In this document: positions 62,062 through 64,000 of the stretch, in pieces
Position numbering within the stretch: position 1 is the first letter of the stretch
Layout: the number at the start of each line of letters is the position of its first letter
Source: a virus
IMG/VR virus record: IMGVR_UViG_3300045988_112496
Span: 1 to 64,000 of that record
Reading direction: 5' to 3' (one strand)
DNA: 64,000 nt
Made by a program: the position numbers and the translations under genes
Notes under the pieces: model-generated
The model's database searches: none
What the model saw: only the letters and a program-made list of their open reading frames with translations
Told to the model about the DNA's origin: nothing

Positions 62062-64000
62062 TTAAACTGAAGGTTTTACAGAAGGAGATTGATAATATAA
62101 CCTTACATAAATAGCAGGTAAATTACCTCTTACTGGAGTAAGTACAATCATACCTACATACATACCATTAGTAGGTTTATTATTAGATAATCTGGCTTCC
62201 CATCGTAAGGTTAAACTTCCACCATAGGTTGGGTCATAATCTATATTATCTACTGTAACTGTAAAGAGTTCTGATGCCGATGAGCTACCATACTGAAACT
62301 CTGATATATTATAATATCTGTCAGTTCCATTCAAGGCTATTGGCAAACCATCATAACTAAATTCCTTTAATGAAGGAGCTGCTGGTAACCACTGCTGACT
62401 AGTAGTTATGGGTTGAGCATGGTAAACTACTTGGATATTACTTTTATTGCTACCATGCGCTCCTAAATTTTCTCCTCTACTCAGATTAGGTAAAGAATCA
62501 CTACCTTCATTAGATCTCCAACCAATACCCATTAACAAGGAGGCAGATAGACTACTGTTATACACATCAAATGCTACTTCTGGTGTATGGGGGGATTCTT
62601 GGGTTAGGTATAGATGTATCTGACTTCCAGTTACGGGATTAATAAAGGGTATATCCCATTGCCTTTCTATTTCTCCCGGGTTATCTGTTACCTTCAAGGC
62701 ATAATCATAACTATTGTCTGAGTTCTGACCATTCTTGATAATAGTAACACCAGTAGGAGCAGTAAAGGTAGGTTCAAGGTATTCCCTTTTAAATTCTACG
62801 CCATTTCTAAGATAAGCTCTAAAACTGATAATAGAAAAATACCCAGTACCATCTGATGCTGGAACGGTTACATTATAAATACTACCTGCTCCTGCACCTC
62901 CAGCTCCTCGGAATTGATATTCCATTACCTGAGAATAAGATACGGCATCTACGTAAAATAAGAAGGTAGGTACCTTACCAATTTCTACATTGCCATCCAT
63001 TACCGGCTTATTGAAAGTCATAGAAATTTCTTCTTGAACCAATCCCAAGTTTTGTTCTGAACCAATTACAATATTGTAACAGTTTGAGTAATCTTTAAGT
63101 TCTGGGAATAGAGCCGGTAATAAATTCGAACCTCCATCATCATTTATCAGAGCCGAAGGTTCTCCATTTATATCCGTATATACAGGACCAGCTGTTGTAA
63201 GATTACTCAATCCAGTTTGTACTGGAGTTCTTGATATTTCTTCTGTACCGATTTTAGAAATCTTATCACAAAGTAAGAAGAGATGTAACCTATCAGCATC
63301 GCCTCCCGTACCTAAAGAGTATTCATTAACATGGTCCTCAGGAGTACTACCTCCATCAGATAAAGCCCATCTTAAATCGTATGTAATTGTAGGAATAGCT
63401 TCAGCTTGAGTAAAATACCAGGCATTTTCTACTTCTGCTGTACCATTACTAAACATTACATGACCATGTCTTGGGCTAATGGTTTTATTTTCGGATACGC
63501 TTACTTCATAATCATACTCATAGTTACTTGGATTACCTCCAATCAAAGCTACTGTTGCCCAGCCTACCGGAGAATCTTGGTCTAGGGTAAAACTTGGTTG
63601 AACTGCTACTTTACTAGTTACCGTACCATTGATTATAGTTTCCCGGTATGATTGAACTGTAACCGTGATAGCTTGTTCCATCGAAGAAAAATTACCATCA
63701 GGAACTGGTTCTACATAATCAATAAAATCCCTGGTCTCTATCACTGCAGCTGATTGATTAATGTTCAAGGTAAGAGTTTTATTAGAATCATTCTGTTTAA
63801 TGATAATTGTTCCTCTTCTAATAGAACTCGTTTTATTCTCAGAAACTTCAGCAGTAATATCTAGAGTCTCCTCAGCATTTACATGACTACATATCTTAGC
63901 TTCTATATTACCAACCCAATCCGGTTTACTTTGTACAGTAATCTGAGGTATACTATAACTACTCTGTTCTGTACCATTAATTACCTTTTTAGATTTAGAT
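62062..64000 (-). CDS. large virion protein with BACON-like repeats, 5'-truncated by the window edge (>646 aa)
   Basis: Hand-translated. The frame stays open from 63768 to 64000 (…PDWVGNIEAKICSHVNAEETLDITAEVSENKTSSIRRGTIIIKQNDSNKTLTL-NINQ…), so the TTG start in the track is an artefact. Confidence 0.75.
   Translation of the reverse strand, partial: SKSKKVINGTEQSSYSIPQITVQSKPDWVGNIEAKICSHVNAEETLDITAEVSENKTSSIRRGTIIIKQNDSNKTLTLNINQSAAVIETRDFIDYVEPVPDGNFSSMEQAITVTVQSYRETIINGTVTSKVAVQPSFTLDQDSPVGWATVALIGGNPSNYEYDYEVSVSENKTISPRHGHVMFSNGTAEVENAWYFTQAEAIPTITYDLRWALSDGGSTPEDHVNEYSLGTGGDADRLHLFLLCDKISKIGTEEISRTPVQTGLSNLTTAGPVYTDINGEPSALINDDGGSNLLPALFPELKDYSNCYNIVIGSEQNLGLVQEEISMTFNKPVMDGNVEIGKVPTFLFYVDAVSYSQVMEYQFRGAGGAGAGSIYNVTVPASDGTGYFSIISFRAYLRNGVEFKREYLEPTFTAPTGVTIIKNGQNSDNSYDYALKVTDNPGEIERQWDIPFINPVTGSQIHLYLTQESPHTPEVAFDVYNSSLSASLLMGIGWRSNEGSDSLPNLSRGENLGAHGSNKSNIQVVYHAQPITTSQQWLPAAPSLKEFSYDGLPIALNGTDRYYNISEFQYGSSSASELFTVTVDNIDYDPTYGGSLTLRWEARLSNNKPTNGMYVGMIVLTPVRGNLPAIYVRLYYQSPSVKPSV

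Noticed and set aside
42165-64000. Alternative genetic code (TAG or TGA recoding), as reported for some gut Bacteroidota phages.
   Set aside because: Late genes give long uninterrupted ORFs (up to 820 aa) under the standard code, with recognisable full-length domain patterns.
1-64000. Prophage or lysogeny signals (integrase, repressor, attP).
   Set aside because: No tyrosine or serine recombinase motifs, or CI-like repressor, were recognised in any ORF of this window. The rest of the genome is unseen, so lifestyle remains unproven.

Overview
AT-rich, densely packed window that reads as part of a tailed dsDNA phage with a contractile tail (myovirus-type). All convincing genes but one are on the minus strand. 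Product calls rest on motif recognition by eye in the supplied translations, since no searches were possible. Layout: (i) 1-1600 is a repeat-dense, essentially non-coding region surrounding one isolated small gene. (ii) 1.6-17 kb holds about 40 small, mostly unrecognisable early genes. Many are single-gene cassettes bounded by a stem-loop and a near-identical promoter of the Bacteroidota type (TTTG-N19-20-TAtaTTTG). (iii) 10.7-16 kb contains a cluster of extremely Lys-rich and poly-Asp/Glu proteins. (iv) 17-41 kb carries transcription factors (HTH protein, NusG-like protein), recombination and replication genes, and a nucleotide-metabolism block. The recombination and replication genes are Hjc-like nuclease, Rad50/Mre11-like SbcCD, FEN, RecA/UvsX-like, SSB-like, family A DNA polymerase, SF2 helicase, primase and DnaB-like helicase with an HNH endonuclease between them. 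The nucleotide block has two ThyA-fold paralogs, a gp56-like all-alpha NTPase, a trimeric dUTPase and a P-loop kinase, and resembles the T4 cytosine-replacement toolkit. (v) 41.4-42.1 kb holds the only plus-strand gene, a sigma-factor-like protein. (vi) 42-64 kb is a P2/Mu/T4-like contractile-tail module: collar-domain fibre, holin-like protein, gpI/gpJ/gpW/gpV/gpD-like baseplate, LysM protein, tape measure, chaperone with a canonical -1 frameshift signal, tube, sheath and head-tail proteins. It also includes BACON/Ig-like repeat proteins, and the last ORF runs off the window at 64000. Promoter type, BACON-like repeats and mostly absent Shine-Dalgarno sequences point to a Bacteroidota host (inference). 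No integrase, repressor, tRNA, rRNA or CRISPR array was seen. The observations most worth follow-up are the predicted cytosine-modification module with a second ThyA-like paralog, the iteron-like region at 1-1600 and a strand-specific CCTCAG motif at early gene boundaries. Others are the charged-protein cluster, the phage NusG/sigma pair, the tail-chaperone frameshift with an internal terminator, and a GC-richer Cys-triplet gene at 61.2-61.8 kb.
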